DNA of 64,000 nucleotides. It comes from Patescibacteria group bacterium. Lineage in GTDB: Bacteria; Patescibacteriota; Patescibacteriia; Patescibacteriales; UBA12465. The notes below the pieces were generated by a model that did not search any database, had not been told where the DNA came from, and worked only from the letters and a program-made list of their open reading frames with translations. The translations under genes were made by a program, and so were the position numbers. This document shows positions 1-10,053 of this stretch, one piece after another (position 1 is the stretch's first letter; the number at the start of each line of letters is the position of its first letter). The DNA is taken from positions 228,213 through 292,212 of the forward strand of contig JAQUAK010000001.1 in NCBI GenBank assembly GCA_028687275.1. The letters run 5' to 3'.

Positions 1-2387
1 ATAAAGATTATCGTTCAATGCATATCTGTCCTCGTTGTGAGACAACTTTATCACAATCAGAGGTGACTGAAGGTTATAAAGATATTAAAGACTTATCAAC
101 TATTGCCAAGTTTGAATTAGTTGAAGAGCCGGGAACTTTTATTTTGGCTTGGACAACTACTCCTTGGACGCTTATTGGCAATGTTGCTTTAGCAGTAGGA
201 AGCGAAATTGATTATGTTAAGGTAAAAACTGAGGAAGGAATTTTTATTATGGCTAAAGAGCGCATGGTTGATGTTCTTAAAGAAAGAGCAGCTGAGGTTG
301 TGGCTGAAATTAAAGGCTCTGATTTAGTGGGCAAAGCTTATAAGCCTCTTTTTAATTATTATTCTGATGATAAGAATTTAGAAAATAAAGAGAATGCTTG
401 GAAAATATATATAGCTGATTTTGTAACCACTGATGAAGGCACGGGTGTGGTTCATATTGCTCCAGCTTTTGGTGAGGATGATATGAAATTGGGTAAAGAT
501 AACAATTTGCCTTTTATTCAACATGTGGGCATGGATGGAGTTTTTAAGGCGGAGGTCAAAGATTTTCCAGGACTTCATGTTAAACCGCTTGAAGATCATA
601 TGGCCACTGATATTCAGATTATTAAATATTTAGCCGCTAATAGTCTATTATTCCATAAAGAAAAATATGAGCATAGCTATCCTCATTGCTGGCGCTGCGA
701 TACTCCTTTAATTAATTATGCGACTTCTTCTTGGTTTGTGGGGGTTACAAAAATTAAAGATAAGCTTTTAGAAACAGCTAAGGAAATTAATTGGTCGCCA
801 GAGTATATTAAAAATGGACGCTTTGGCAATTGGCTAGAAGGAGCACGTGATTGGTCTATTTCTCGTCAGCGTTTTTGGGCGAGTGCTATTCCAATTTGGG
901 AGTGTGAAAATGGTCATCGTCATGTAGTTTCTTCAGTGGCCGAGTTAGAACAATTAACGGGCACTAAGATTACTGATATTCATAAAGATAAGGTAGATGG
1001 TTTAACTTTTGCTTGCTTAGAATGCCAGTCTAAGATGACTCGTATTAGTGATGTGATTGATTGTTGGTTTGAGTCGGGTTCTATGCCTTACGCGCAAATG
1101 CACTATCCTTATGAGAATAAAGATAAAATGGAGGCTAGTTTTCCAGCTCAATTTATTGCTGAGGGCGCTGACCAAACCAGAGCTTGGTTCTATTATTTAC
1201 ACGTTATTTCTGGGGGCATTAAAGACAGTCACGCCTTTCAAAATGTAATTGTTAATGGCATTGTTTTAGCTGAGGATGGCAAGAAGATGGCTAAGAAGTT
1301 AAAGAATTATCCAGACCCATCATTAGTAATGGAAAAATATGGCGCTGATGCTTTGCGGGCCTATTTATTATCTTCACCGGTAATGCAGGAAGAGAATTTA
1401 AATTTTGCTGAGGCTGGTGTGCAGGAATCATTACGTAAGAATGTAATGACACTATGGAATGTTTATCGCTTCTATGAAACTTATGCTCCAGAATATGATG
1501 GTCGGGAAGTAGAGACAGAAAATAGTTTAGATAGTTGGATCTTAGCTAAATTTAAATTGTTGTTAATAGAGGTAACGGCAGCAATGGAGAAATATAATCT
1601 ACCCAAAGCAATGCGTCCGATTACGGAATTTATTGATGAATTATCAACTTGGTATTTACGTCGTAGTCGTGACCGTTTTAAGAGTGATGATGAAAATGAT
1701 AAGCAGAGAGCTTTAGCTATGAGCCGTTTTGTTTTATTAGAATTAGCTAAAGTAATGGCACCGTTTATGCCATATACCGCAGAACGTCTATGGCAGGAAG
1801 TTTCTGGTAATAAATTTACTAATCGTGATAAATCCGTTCATTTAGAGGCTTGGTCTAGTTTAGGTCTTCTAAATAAGGATGAAGAAAAAGTTTTGACGCA
1901 AATGGAAATATTGCGCAGAGCGGTTGAGGCAGCCTTGGCCACTCGTGATGGGGCCGGTATTAAGATTAGACAAATGTTAAACTCGGTTGAATTTAATGGT
2001 GGCGGGGAATTAGAAAATAGTTATTACCCTCTGTTAGTTGATGAGCTAAATGTACGTGAAGTTATTTGGCGGGGCGGTGAAGGTAATATTGTGGTTAATT
2101 TGGATACAGTTATTACTCCGGAGTTACAGTTAGAAGGAAATAAGCGCGAATTAATCAGAACAGTTAACGCTTTGCGTAAAGATGCTGGCTTTAGTGTGGC
2201 CGACAATATTAATATTTATATTGAGGGCAGTGAGGAAGCTACTAATTGGTTAGTAGCTGCTACCGCAGATATTAAGAAGGCAACCATTGCCCTTAACTTA
2301 AGCATGTCTAAGTTAAATGGTGAAGGCAAAGAAAAGAAACTTAAATTGGAGACGGGTGAATTAGTGATACAAATAGCAAAAGCTTAG
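1..2387 (+). CDS. ileS: isoleucyl-tRNA synthetase, 5' end truncated by window edge
   Basis: Frame stays open from nt 3 upstream of the track Met; GTGVVHIAPAFGEDD, DWSISRQRFWASAIPIW and KMAKK (KMSKS-type) class I/IleRS signatures. Confidence 0.93.
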   Translation, partial: KDYRSMHICPRCETTLSQSEVTEGYKDIKDLSTIAKFELVEEPGTFILAWTTTPWTLIGNVALAVGSEIDYVKVKTEEGIFIMAKERMVDVLKERAAEVVAEIKGSDLVGKAYKPLFNYYSDDKNLENKENAWKIYIADFVTTDEGTGVVHIAPAFGEDDMKLGKDNNLPFIQHVGMDGVFKAEVKDFPGLHVKPLEDHMATDIQIIKYLAANSLLFHKEKYEHSYPHCWRCDTPLINYATSSWFVGVTKIKDKLLETAKEINWSPEYIKNGRFGNWLEGARDWSISRQRFWASAIPIWECENGHRHVVSSVAELEQLTGTKITDIHKDKVDGLTFACLECQSKMTRISDVIDCWFESGSMPYAQMHYPYENKDKMEASFPAQFIAEGADQTRAWFYYLHVISGGIKDSHAFQNVIVNGIVLAEDGKKMAKKLKNYPDPSLVMEKYGADALRAYLLSSPVMQEENLNFAEAGVQESLRKNVMTLWNVYRFYETYAPEYDGREVETENSLDSWILAKFKLLLIEVTAAMEKYNLPKAMRPITEFIDELSTWYLRRSRDRFKSDDENDKQRALAMSRFVLLELAKVMAPFMPYTAERLWQEVSGNKFTNRDKSVHLEAWSSLGLLNKDEEKVLTQMEILRRAVEAALATRDGAGIKIRQMLNSVEFNGGGELENSYYPLLVDELNVREVIWRGGEGNIVVNLDTVITPELQLEGNKRELIRTVNALRKDAGFSVADNINIYIEGSEEATNWLVAATADIKKATIALNLSMSKLNGEGKEKKLKLETGELVIQIAKA

Positions 2388-2413
2388 TTTTTATGGACAA
2401 AATCACAAAAATT

Positions 2414-2422
2414 TGTTATAAT
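2414..2422 (+). promoter_or_regulatory. extended -10 element TGTTATAAT upstream of lemA
   Basis: TGnTATAAT match in ileS-lemA spacer, 58 nt before the lemA ATG; sequence match only. Confidence 0.4.
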
Positions 2423-2479
2423 AAGCTTGTTAATTAATTAAAAAACTCCTCAAAAAATTTGTAGGAGCTATATAAAAAT

Positions 2480-3040
2480 ATGACTACTCCTTGGATAATC
2501 GCTGCCATTGTCATCATCTTAGCTTTTGTTTTAATGGGCATGTATAATGCTCTGGTTCGCTCTAAAAATAGAGTGGATGAAGCTTGGAGTGATATCGATG
2601 TGCAGTTAAAACGTCGCCATGATTTAATTCCTAATCTGGTAGAAACTGTAAAGGGCTATGCTAGCCATGAACAGGAAACTTTGACGAAGGTAGTTGATGC
2701 TCGTAATGCCGCGATGTCCGCTCAGTCAAGTAATAATTCAGAAGAGCTCTTAAAAGCTGAAAATAATTTAAGTACGGCTTTAAAATCCATTTTTGCTTTA
2801 GCGGAAAGTTATCCGGACTTAAAAGCTAATCAGAATTTCTTAGAATTGCAGAGAGATTTAACTGATACTGAAGATAAAATTATGGCTTCTCGCCGTTTCT
2901 ACAATGCTAACGTACGTGACTTTAATACTAAGTTACAAGTTTTTCCAACCAATATTTTTGGTCGCATGCTCGGTTTTAAAGCTTATAACTTCTTCGAAGC
3001 TATTGAAGCAGAGAAAGAAACAGTGGCCGTTAAGTTCTAG
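2480..3040 (+). CDS. lemA: LemA family membrane protein
   Basis: N-terminal TM helix then LemA-like helical domain (RRHDLIPNLV, SRRFYNANVRDFN). Confidence 0.85.
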   Translation: MTTPWIIAAIVIILAFVLMGMYNALVRSKNRVDEAWSDIDVQLKRRHDLIPNLVETVKGYASHEQETLTKVVDARNAAMSAQSSNNSEELLKAENNLSTALKSIFALAESYPDLKANQNFLELQRDLTDTEDKIMASRRFYNANVRDFNTKLQVFPTNIFGRMLGFKAYNFFEAIEAEKETVAVKF

Positions 3041-3066
3041 TATTTAATTTTTTAATTTATAACTTT

Positions 3067-3825
3067 ATGTGGATTTACATTTTGATTGTTATTGGTATCA
3101 TCTTGTTAGGTTTCTTAAAACAGGTGAATCAATATGAAAGAGGCGTCGTCTTTACCATGGGGCGCTATTCCTATGTCATGCAACCGGGTTGGCGTCTGCT
3201 TATTCCTATTTTTCAATCTTTTCGTAAGGTTGATATTCGCGTGAAAGCAGTGGATGTGCCCGATCAAAAAGCAATTACCCGTGATAACGTACCCGTGATT
3301 GTTAACGCCGTTATTTATTACAAAGTAGCTGCGGCCGAAAAAGCTATTATTGAGGTTGAAAATTTTCAATATGCTATTTCTCAATACGCTCAAACAACCA
3401 TGCGTAATATCGTGGGCGAAGCAACTTTAGATGAATTGCTTGGACAACGTGAAAAGATTGCTGATCGTATTCGTGAAATTGTTGATGCTGAAACTGATGA
3501 GTGGGGAATTAAAGTTAATAATGTAGAATTAAAAGATGTGTCTTTGCCGGAGTCAATGGAGAGAACTATTGCTAAGCAGGCTGAAGCGGAGAGAGAAAAG
3601 AGGGCGGTTATTATTAATTCGGAAGGTGAATTAGCTGCTTCCGCTAATATTGCTGCTGCCGCTAAAACCTTATCTGAAACTCCTGGCGCCTTACACTTAC
3701 GCACCTTACAATCAATTAATGATATCTCTTCTGATCAGTCTAATACTATTGTCTTTATGACACCTCTAGAAGTGCTTAAAGCTTTTGATGGTTTTGCGAA
3801 TAAGATGAATGGTGAAAATAAATAA
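3067..3825 (+). CDS. SPFH/band-7 (stomatin/prohibitin-like) membrane protein
   Basis: N-terminal TM, YERGVVFTMGRY, ITRDNVPV, AEAEREKRA coiled segment typical of SPFH domain proteins. Confidence 0.9.
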   Translation: MWIYILIVIGIILLGFLKQVNQYERGVVFTMGRYSYVMQPGWRLLIPIFQSFRKVDIRVKAVDVPDQKAITRDNVPVIVNAVIYYKVAAAEKAIIEVENFQYAISQYAQTTMRNIVGEATLDELLGQREKIADRIREIVDAETDEWGIKVNNVELKDVSLPESMERTIAKQAEAEREKRAVIINSEGELAASANIAAAAKTLSETPGALHLRTLQSINDISSDQSNTIVFMTPLEVLKAFDGFANKMNGENK

Positions 3826-3842
3826 ATTGTTGTTTTAGATTT

Positions 3843-4751
3843 ATGTCTAATCTCTATAATTACAGCGCTGTTAATAAGAGAAAAACCTGGTTTTTAATGA
3901 CCGGGTTTTTCGTCTTTATTATAATCGTGGGCTATATTTTTTCTATGGCCATGGATATCCCGCAAATACTGCCAATAGCTGTTATTATTAGTATTGGCAT
4001 GGCTTTTGTTAGTTATTGGTATAGTGATAAAATTGTTTTATCAATGTCTAAAGCTAAGGAAGTTGATAAGGATAATGGGCGTGAACTCTATCGCTTAGTA
4101 GAAAATCTTTGTATCACTGCTGGCCTGCCTTTGCCTAAGATTTATATTATTGAAGATGCCTCACCTAATGCCTTTGCTACTGGTCGTGATCCCAAACATG
4201 CTGCCATTGCTGTTACCTCTGGTCTTTTAGGTAAACTAGAAAAGGCGGAATTAGAAGGTGTGATTGCCCATGAATTATCACATATTGGTAATCGTGATAT
4301 CTTAATCTCCACTATTGCTACTGTTTTGGTGGGTATAGTGGTTCTATTAGCTGATTGGTTTCGTCATTGGTCATTCTTTGGTGGGCGTAGCCGTAATAAT
4401 GATAATAACAATGGCCAATTAGGGATGATTATTGCTATTGTGGCGATTGTGCTAGCTATTTTAGCGCCCTTTTTTGCTCAGTTATTAAACTTAGCTGTTT
4501 CGAGGAAACGTGAGTTTGCGGCTGATGCCGATGCTGCCCTTTTAACTCGTTATCCTGAGGGACTGGCGCGTGCTTTAGAAAAAATTAGCTATAATCAACC
4601 ATCGCTAAAATCAGTTAATCGTGCCACCGCTCATATGTTTATCGTTTCACCTTTGCAAGGAAAGAAAACAGGGGGCTCACTTAGTTGGTTTGCAAAAATA
4701 ATGATGACTCATCCCCCGGTAGAAGAGCGTATTAAAAAATTAAGAGGATAA
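3843..4751 (+). CDS. htpX: M48 zinc metalloprotease HtpX
   Basis: Four TM segments, HELSHIGNRD zinc motif, NAFATG motif. Confidence 0.9.
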   Translation: MSNLYNYSAVNKRKTWFLMTGFFVFIIIVGYIFSMAMDIPQILPIAVIISIGMAFVSYWYSDKIVLSMSKAKEVDKDNGRELYRLVENLCITAGLPLPKIYIIEDASPNAFATGRDPKHAAIAVTSGLLGKLEKAELEGVIAHELSHIGNRDILISTIATVLVGIVVLLADWFRHWSFFGGRSRNNDNNNGQLGMIIAIVAIVLAILAPFFAQLLNLAVSRKREFAADADAALLTRYPEGLARALEKISYNQPSLKSVNRATAHMFIVSPLQGKKTGGSLSWFAKIMMTHPPVEERIKKLRG

Positions 4752-4756
4752 AAAAT

Positions 4757-5707
4757 ATGACAACACAAGAAATATATCAGTTGGCCATTACTACTGGCAT
4801 TAAGCATGATTTAAGGGGCAAATCCTATGTAGGGCGTTCTACAGACAAGTTGAAGAAAAAATATGAAGAGATGAGTGAAAAAGAAAAACAATCTTTTGAT
4901 CTTGAATCTTTAAACAACCCCTATGCCGATTCACGAATTTTAAATTCAGATGGAAAGAAAGTTATAAAAAAAGTTTTAGTTGGTATTGATATTGAAGGCA
5001 CCGAATTATTATATGCCGATAAGAGAGGTGATATTGATTTAGTTATTGCCCACCATCCAGAAGGTTTAGCTTTGGCTGGTTTAGCAGAAGTAATGCATCT
5101 ACAGGCCGAAGTTCTAGCTCAGTATGGTGTCCCAATTAATATTGCTGAGTCTATTATTCAGCCCAGAATTTCTGAGGTAACCCGTGGTATTAGCCCGGTC
5201 AATCATCAGCGTTCGGTTGATTTAGCGCGTCTGCTCGGTTTAGAATTTATGTGTCTCCATACACCGGCCGACAATCTATCAGCTCAGTTTGTGATTGAGG
5301 CAATTAAAAATGAGGGTGATAAATTAGAAACAGTGGGCGAAATGATGGATTTTCTAAAGACTATTCCTGAATATGCTGCCGCCGAAAAAATGAAGTCTGG
5401 CCCGAAAATATTTGCCGGAACACCGGAGCGCAGTTTAGGCAAAGTGGTGGTGACAGAATTTACTGGTGGCACTAGTGGCTCTAAAGATATTTATGAAAAG
5501 ATGGCTCAATATGGCATTGGCACTGTTATTGGCATGCATATGAGCGAAGAGCATCGCAAAGAAGCAGAGAAGTATCATATCAATGTTATCATTGCCGGTC
5601 ATATGTCTTCTGATTCTTTAGGGATGAATTTAATGTTGGATGAAATTGAAAAACAGGGCATAGAAGTTGTGCCAATTTCCGGCTTAATTAGAGTCAAGCG
5701 TTTCTAA
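4757..5707 (+). CDS. NIF3/DUF34 family (GTP cyclohydrolase 1 type 2 homolog) protein
   Basis: DLVIAHHPEG and IIAGHMSSD metal-ligand-like motifs and overall length typical of NIF3 family. Confidence 0.7.
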   Translation: MTTQEIYQLAITTGIKHDLRGKSYVGRSTDKLKKKYEEMSEKEKQSFDLESLNNPYADSRILNSDGKKVIKKVLVGIDIEGTELLYADKRGDIDLVIAHHPEGLALAGLAEVMHLQAEVLAQYGVPINIAESIIQPRISEVTRGISPVNHQRSVDLARLLGLEFMCLHTPADNLSAQFVIEAIKNEGDKLETVGEMMDFLKTIPEYAAAEKMKSGPKIFAGTPERSLGKVVVTEFTGGTSGSKDIYEKMAQYGIGTVIGMHMSEEHRKEAEKYHINVIIAGHMSSDSLGMNLMLDEIEKQGIEVVPISGLIRVKRF

Positions 5708-5775
5708 GTAAAGACAAGACTTGGTTTATCTGTCAAGATTTTATTAAATCTTCAGATAGATTATACTAAAAGCAT

Positions 5776-6366
5776 ATGCTCGCCTACTTATCAGGAAAAG
5801 TGATTGCTAAAAATAATAATTACCTAATATTAAAGGTAAATAATGTTGGCTATCAAATTTTTGTTGGCGAGTCTTTGTTATCTTCAATGAACAAGGGAGA
5901 GGAGAGGGAATTATACCTATCTCATCAAGTACGAGAAGATGCTTCTGATCTCTATGGTTTTAAAAATTTAGAAGATTTAGCTTTATTTGAATTATTATTA
6001 TCTGTTTCTGGTGTTGGTCCAAAATCAGCCCTCGGCGTACTCTCAATTGCTTCCGCTGATGATATTCGTGAAGCCGTTATTCGTAATGATGCTAGCTTAT
6101 TAATGAAGGTTTCTGGAATTGGTAAAAAAACAGCGGAGCGAGTGGTCTTAGAGTTAAAGAATAAGATTACTAAGATTATTGGTGGCAGTAGTTTAAATGG
6201 TGAGAGCAGTCTTTCGGCTGGCTTCGGCGATGAGTTGGATGCTTTGATGTCACTTGGTTATTCTTTACCCGACGCCCGTTTAGCCTTAGAAGGATTAGGC
6301 GTTGATTTAAAAGATAGTGGCGAAAGAGTAAAAGCGGCTTTAAAGAAATTAAGTAAAAAAATATAG
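5776..6366 (+). CDS. ruvA: Holliday junction DNA helicase subunit RuvA
   Basis: MLAYLSGKV...VGYQIFV OB domain, two HhH motifs (VSGVGPKSAL, VSGIGKKTAERV), C-terminal domain III. Confidence 0.9.
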   Translation: MLAYLSGKVIAKNNNYLILKVNNVGYQIFVGESLLSSMNKGEERELYLSHQVREDASDLYGFKNLEDLALFELLLSVSGVGPKSALGVLSIASADDIREAVIRNDASLLMKVSGIGKKTAERVVLELKNKITKIIGGSSLNGESSLSAGFGDELDALMSLGYSLPDARLALEGLGVDLKDSGERVKAALKKLSKKI

Positions 6367-6398
6367 CTTTATATAAAGATTAAGTATAGATTAATTAT

Positions 6399-7625
6399 AT
6401 GAAACAATCCCATTTATTTACCCGCACACTGAAGGAATTACCAAAAGACGAGACAAGCTATAATGCGCAAACACTTTTGCGCGCTGGTTTTATTGATAAG
6501 GTGGCGGCTGGTGTTTATTCTTTCCTACCTTTGGGTTGTTTAGTAATGGATAAGATTAGACAGATCATTAAAGAAGAAATGTTATCAGTTGGCGGTCAAG
6601 AAGTGAGCATGCCTGCTTTTGCGCCCAAAGAAAATTGGGAAGCGACTGGGCGTTGGGATGACTTGGATGTTTTATTTAAAATTTCTGCTTCTGATAAAAA
6701 AGAATATGCCTTAAATCCCACCCATGAAGAGGTGGTGACGCCGCTGGCTAAAAAGTTTATATATTCATATCGTGAATTGCCTTTTTCGGTCTTTCAAATA
6801 CAGACTAAGTTTCGTAACGAAAAAAGAGCTAAGGCCGGCTTATTGCGTGGTCGCGAATTTTTAATGAAAGATTTATATTCCTTTCATACTGATCAGGCAG
6901 ACTTAGATAGATATTATGAAGAAGTGAGTACGGCTTATGAGCGAATTTTTAATCGCGTTGGCCTTGGCGATAAAACTTATTTAACTTTTGCCTCAGGTGG
7001 AACTTTTGCTAAGTATTCACATGAATTTCAGACTCTAACTGAATCAGGCGAAGATTTAATCTATATTTGTGATAAGTGTCGTCTGGCGGTAAATAAAGAA
7101 ATTATTGCCGACCAATCAACTTGTCCTAAATGTGGCAGTAAAGATTTACGAGAAGAGAAGGCGGTGGAAGTTGGCAATATTTTTAAATTAGGTACTAAGT
7201 ATTCAGCTCCTTTTGATTTAAGTTATAGTACTCAGGAGGGGAAGAAGGAATTAGTGGTGATGGGCTGCTATGGTATGGGCTTAAGTCGTGTTATGGGAAC
7301 AGTGGTAGAGGCTTGTCATGATGATAAAGGAATTGTATGGCCAGAAAATATTGCCCCTTTTAAGGTTCATTTAGTTTCGTTAAAAGAGAATGAAGCGGCC
7401 GAGAAAATTTATCAAACCTTACAGGCGGCTGGTGTTGAAGTTTTATATGATGATCGTGATTTATCGGCTGGTGAAAAATTTGCTGATGCTGATTTAATTG
7501 GTTGCCCTTATCGCATATTAGTAAGTAAAAAAACCCTAGCTCTTGATAGCATAGAATTAAAGAAGAGAAACGAAGAAGAATCACAAATTGTAAAAATTAA
7601 AGATATATTATCTTATGTTCAATAA
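6399..7625 (+). CDS. proS: prolyl-tRNA synthetase, bacterial type, no INS editing domain
   Basis: Class II motif 2 FRNEKRAKAGLLRGREFLMKDLYSFH, motif 3 GCYGMGLSRV, C-terminal anticodon-binding domain; CDKC...CPKC mini zinc ribbon where INS normally sits. Confidence 0.9.
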   Translation: MKQSHLFTRTLKELPKDETSYNAQTLLRAGFIDKVAAGVYSFLPLGCLVMDKIRQIIKEEMLSVGGQEVSMPAFAPKENWEATGRWDDLDVLFKISASDKKEYALNPTHEEVVTPLAKKFIYSYRELPFSVFQIQTKFRNEKRAKAGLLRGREFLMKDLYSFHTDQADLDRYYEEVSTAYERIFNRVGLGDKTYLTFASGGTFAKYSHEFQTLTESGEDLIYICDKCRLAVNKEIIADQSTCPKCGSKDLREEKAVEVGNIFKLGTKYSAPFDLSYSTQEGKKELVVMGCYGMGLSRVMGTVVEACHDDKGIVWPENIAPFKVHLVSLKENEAAEKIYQTLQAAGVEVLYDDRDLSAGEKFADADLIGCPYRILVSKKTLALDSIELKKRNEEESQIVKIKDILSYVQ

Positions 7626-8661
7626 ACTTATAGGAAAATTTAGTCATGACCTCGGTATTGATCTTGGTACTAAAAATACCTTGGTGGTGATGAGCGATAA
7701 GGGTTTAGTCATTAATGAGCCCTCCGTGGTGGCTATTAATAAGCGCACCAATGAAATTCTAGAAGTTGGTTTGGCTGCTAAAAAGATGGTTGGTAAAACG
7801 CCGGCCCATATTGAGGCCATTAAACCTTTAGTTGATGGAGTAATTTCTGACTTTGAAGTAACAGAGAAGATGTTGAAGTATTTTCTAAATAAAGTACATC
7901 AAGAACACTTTGCTTTAATTCCTCGTCCGCGGGTTGTTATTGGTATTCCTCTTGATTTAACTGAAGTGGAGAAGAAAGCGGTGGGGGACGCTGCTCGTTC
8001 TGCTGGTGCTCGTAAAGTTTATTTAGTGGAGGAGGCGATGGCTTCGGCTGTTGGTGCTCATTTGCCAGTAACAGAGGCGACGGCAACGATGATAGTCGAT
8101 ATTGGTGGTGGGAGTACTGAAATTGCAGTTATTTCTTTAGGGGGCGTTGTGACTTGGAAGTCTTTGCGTTTAGCTGGCAATGAATTTGATAATAACATTA
8201 CCGAATACATTCGTGAAGAATTTAATATCTTGATTGGTGAGCAATTAGCCGAAGAAATCAAGATTAATATTGCCTCGGCTATTCCTGGGGAAGAAACGCA
8301 AGAGATGGAGGTAAGGGGTAGGGACTTGATTAATGGCCTTCCTAAGGCAATTATTGTTAACGATAAACAAATAAGAGAGGCTATTAGCCGAACGGTTATT
8401 AAAATTACGGATAATATTAAAACTATTTTGGAAACAACTCCGCCTGAGTTAGTGGCTGATATTTATGAGCGGGGAATTTATTTGTCTGGGGGTGGAGCTT
8501 TGCTGCGTGGATTAGACCAGGCTATTTCTTTGGCAGCCAAGATTCCGGTAAAAATTGTTGATGATCCACTAACTTGCGTCGTTCGTGGTACCGGTATTTT
8601 AATTAGTGATCCTGAATTACTAGGCAAAGTTACTTTAGGTAATATTACTTTTGATAAATAA
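7615..8661 (+). CDS. mreB: rod-shape actin homolog MreB (copy 1, next to mreCD)
   Basis: GIDLGTKNTLV, VDIGGGSTEIAVISLGG, YLSGGGALLRGLD actin-fold phosphate/adenosine motifs; overlaps proS end by 11 nt. Confidence 0.9.
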   Translation: MFNKLIGKFSHDLGIDLGTKNTLVVMSDKGLVINEPSVVAINKRTNEILEVGLAAKKMVGKTPAHIEAIKPLVDGVISDFEVTEKMLKYFLNKVHQEHFALIPRPRVVIGIPLDLTEVEKKAVGDAARSAGARKVYLVEEAMASAVGAHLPVTEATATMIVDIGGGSTEIAVISLGGVVTWKSLRLAGNEFDNNITEYIREEFNILIGEQLAEEIKINIASAIPGEETQEMEVRGRDLINGLPKAIIVNDKQIREAISRTVIKITDNIKTILETTPPELVADIYERGIYLSGGGALLRGLDQAISLAAKIPVKIVDDPLTCVVRGTGILISDPELLGKVTLGNITFDK

Positions 8662-8663
8662 TT

Positions 8664-9476
8664 ATGCTTTTATTTTGGAAGCAAAGAAATTATTGGCGTT
8701 GGTTTGGAGTCATCCTCTTGATTCTAATATTACATTGGGTTGGCTTATTGCGTCCCATAGAAAATTATTTATCTAAGGTTGTTAGACCAGTTGATCATTA
8801 TTTGTATAGTATTGGTTCTTGGTTTAAGGGTGCTCCTTACGATGATTTATCAATAGAAGGTTTAGAGCTTAAGTTAGAGCAGGCGCAAACAGAATTAGCT
8901 CTTGCTACTATTGATCAAGCAAAACTTGAGCTTCTGACTGAAGAAAATGATAAATTGCGTCAGCAGTTAAATTTTTTAGATAACAATCACTATGAAGCGG
9001 TGGGAGCTAATATTGTTTCTCGACAGGATTTATTCAATACTGCCGATAATGCCCAAGATATTATTTTAGATAAAGGAGCTAGAGACGGTTTACGTCCGGG
9101 CTTAGGAGTTATTAATGAGTCAGGTATAATTATCGGAAAAATTATTGAGGTTAAAGATTATAGTGCTCGCGCTTGTTTAACTACGGGCTCTGATTGTCAA
9201 TTAGCGGCTGCTCTTTTAAACGATTCTAAAACTGTTGGCTTGTCTGAAGGGGAATTAGGCTTAACGATCAAGATGAATTTTATTCCGCAGATGGAAGAAA
9301 TTAAAACCAATGATATCTTAATTACCTCTGGTTTGGGTGATGATATTCCGCGGGGTTTAGTAATTGGTCGTGTGGCGCAGGTTAATAATCAAAGTAATGA
9401 AATTTGGCAGGATGTAACGATTGAGCCACTCGCTTCTTTACATAATTTAACTGTAGTTTCAGTCATTATTCCTTGA
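8664..9476 (+). CDS. mreC: rod shape-determining protein MreC
   Basis: N-terminal TM, coiled coil (LELKLEQAQTEL...LRQQL), C-terminal beta domain with IPRGLVIGRV; position after mreB; ends with TGA. Confidence 0.8.
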   Translation: MLLFWKQRNYWRWFGVILLILILHWVGLLRPIENYLSKVVRPVDHYLYSIGSWFKGAPYDDLSIEGLELKLEQAQTELALATIDQAKLELLTEENDKLRQQLNFLDNNHYEAVGANIVSRQDLFNTADNAQDIILDKGARDGLRPGLGVINESGIIIGKIIEVKDYSARACLTTGSDCQLAAALLNDSKTVGLSEGELGLTIKMNFIPQMEEIKTNDILITSGLGDDIPRGLVIGRVAQVNNQSNEIWQDVTIEPLASLHNLTVVSVIIP

Positions 9477-9480
9477 GCCT

Positions 9481-10020
9481 ATGTCTAAGCAAATAATAAA
9501 ATACGTATTATTGCTTACCGGCGTCGCTATTTTAGCTTTGTTACAGTTTTCTTTTATTAGCGCCCTACCTTGGCCTATTAATAATTTTAACTTAAGCTTG
9601 GTGGCGATTATTTTTTCTCTTTTATTTTTAGATAAAAAGGACTCTTGGGTAATTGCTATCTCTCTGGGCTTTTTTACAGATGCTTGGTTGTTTCATCCTT
9701 ATGGCACTGCCATCTTATCTTTCTTTTTAACAGCGGTGGCCCTTTACTTAATTTTAGAAAATCTATTAACTAATCGCTCACTTTATTCTTTCTTGCTACT
9801 TACCATTATAGCCGTATTGATTGACACCATCTTTACTCGTGTTTTTTTAATAATATTTGACTGGTCAGGAGCGGGTGCTAGTCATTTTTTAGTTAGTAAT
9901 TTATTTTGGGGCTCGTTGATGTGGAATTTAATTTTGAGTTTGTTGGTAGTGGGTTTTATCTTTAGTGTTTTGGCTATTTTAAGCAGAAGATTAAAGCCAT
10001 TCTTTTTGAAAAGACGTTAA
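9481..10020 (+). CDS. mreD: rod shape-determining protein MreD (polytopic membrane protein)
   Basis: About 5 TM helices, size and position directly after mreC. Confidence 0.6.
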   Translation: MSKQIIKYVLLLTGVAILALLQFSFISALPWPINNFNLSLVAIIFSLLFLDKKDSWVIAISLGFFTDAWLFHPYGTAILSFFLTAVALYLILENLLTNRSLYSFLLLTIIAVLIDTIFTRVFLIIFDWSGAGASHFLVSNLFWGSLMWNLILSLLVVGFIFSVLAILSRRLKPFFLKRR

Positions 10021-10053
10021 TTTATGTTATTATATTAATTAAATAGTTAAATT

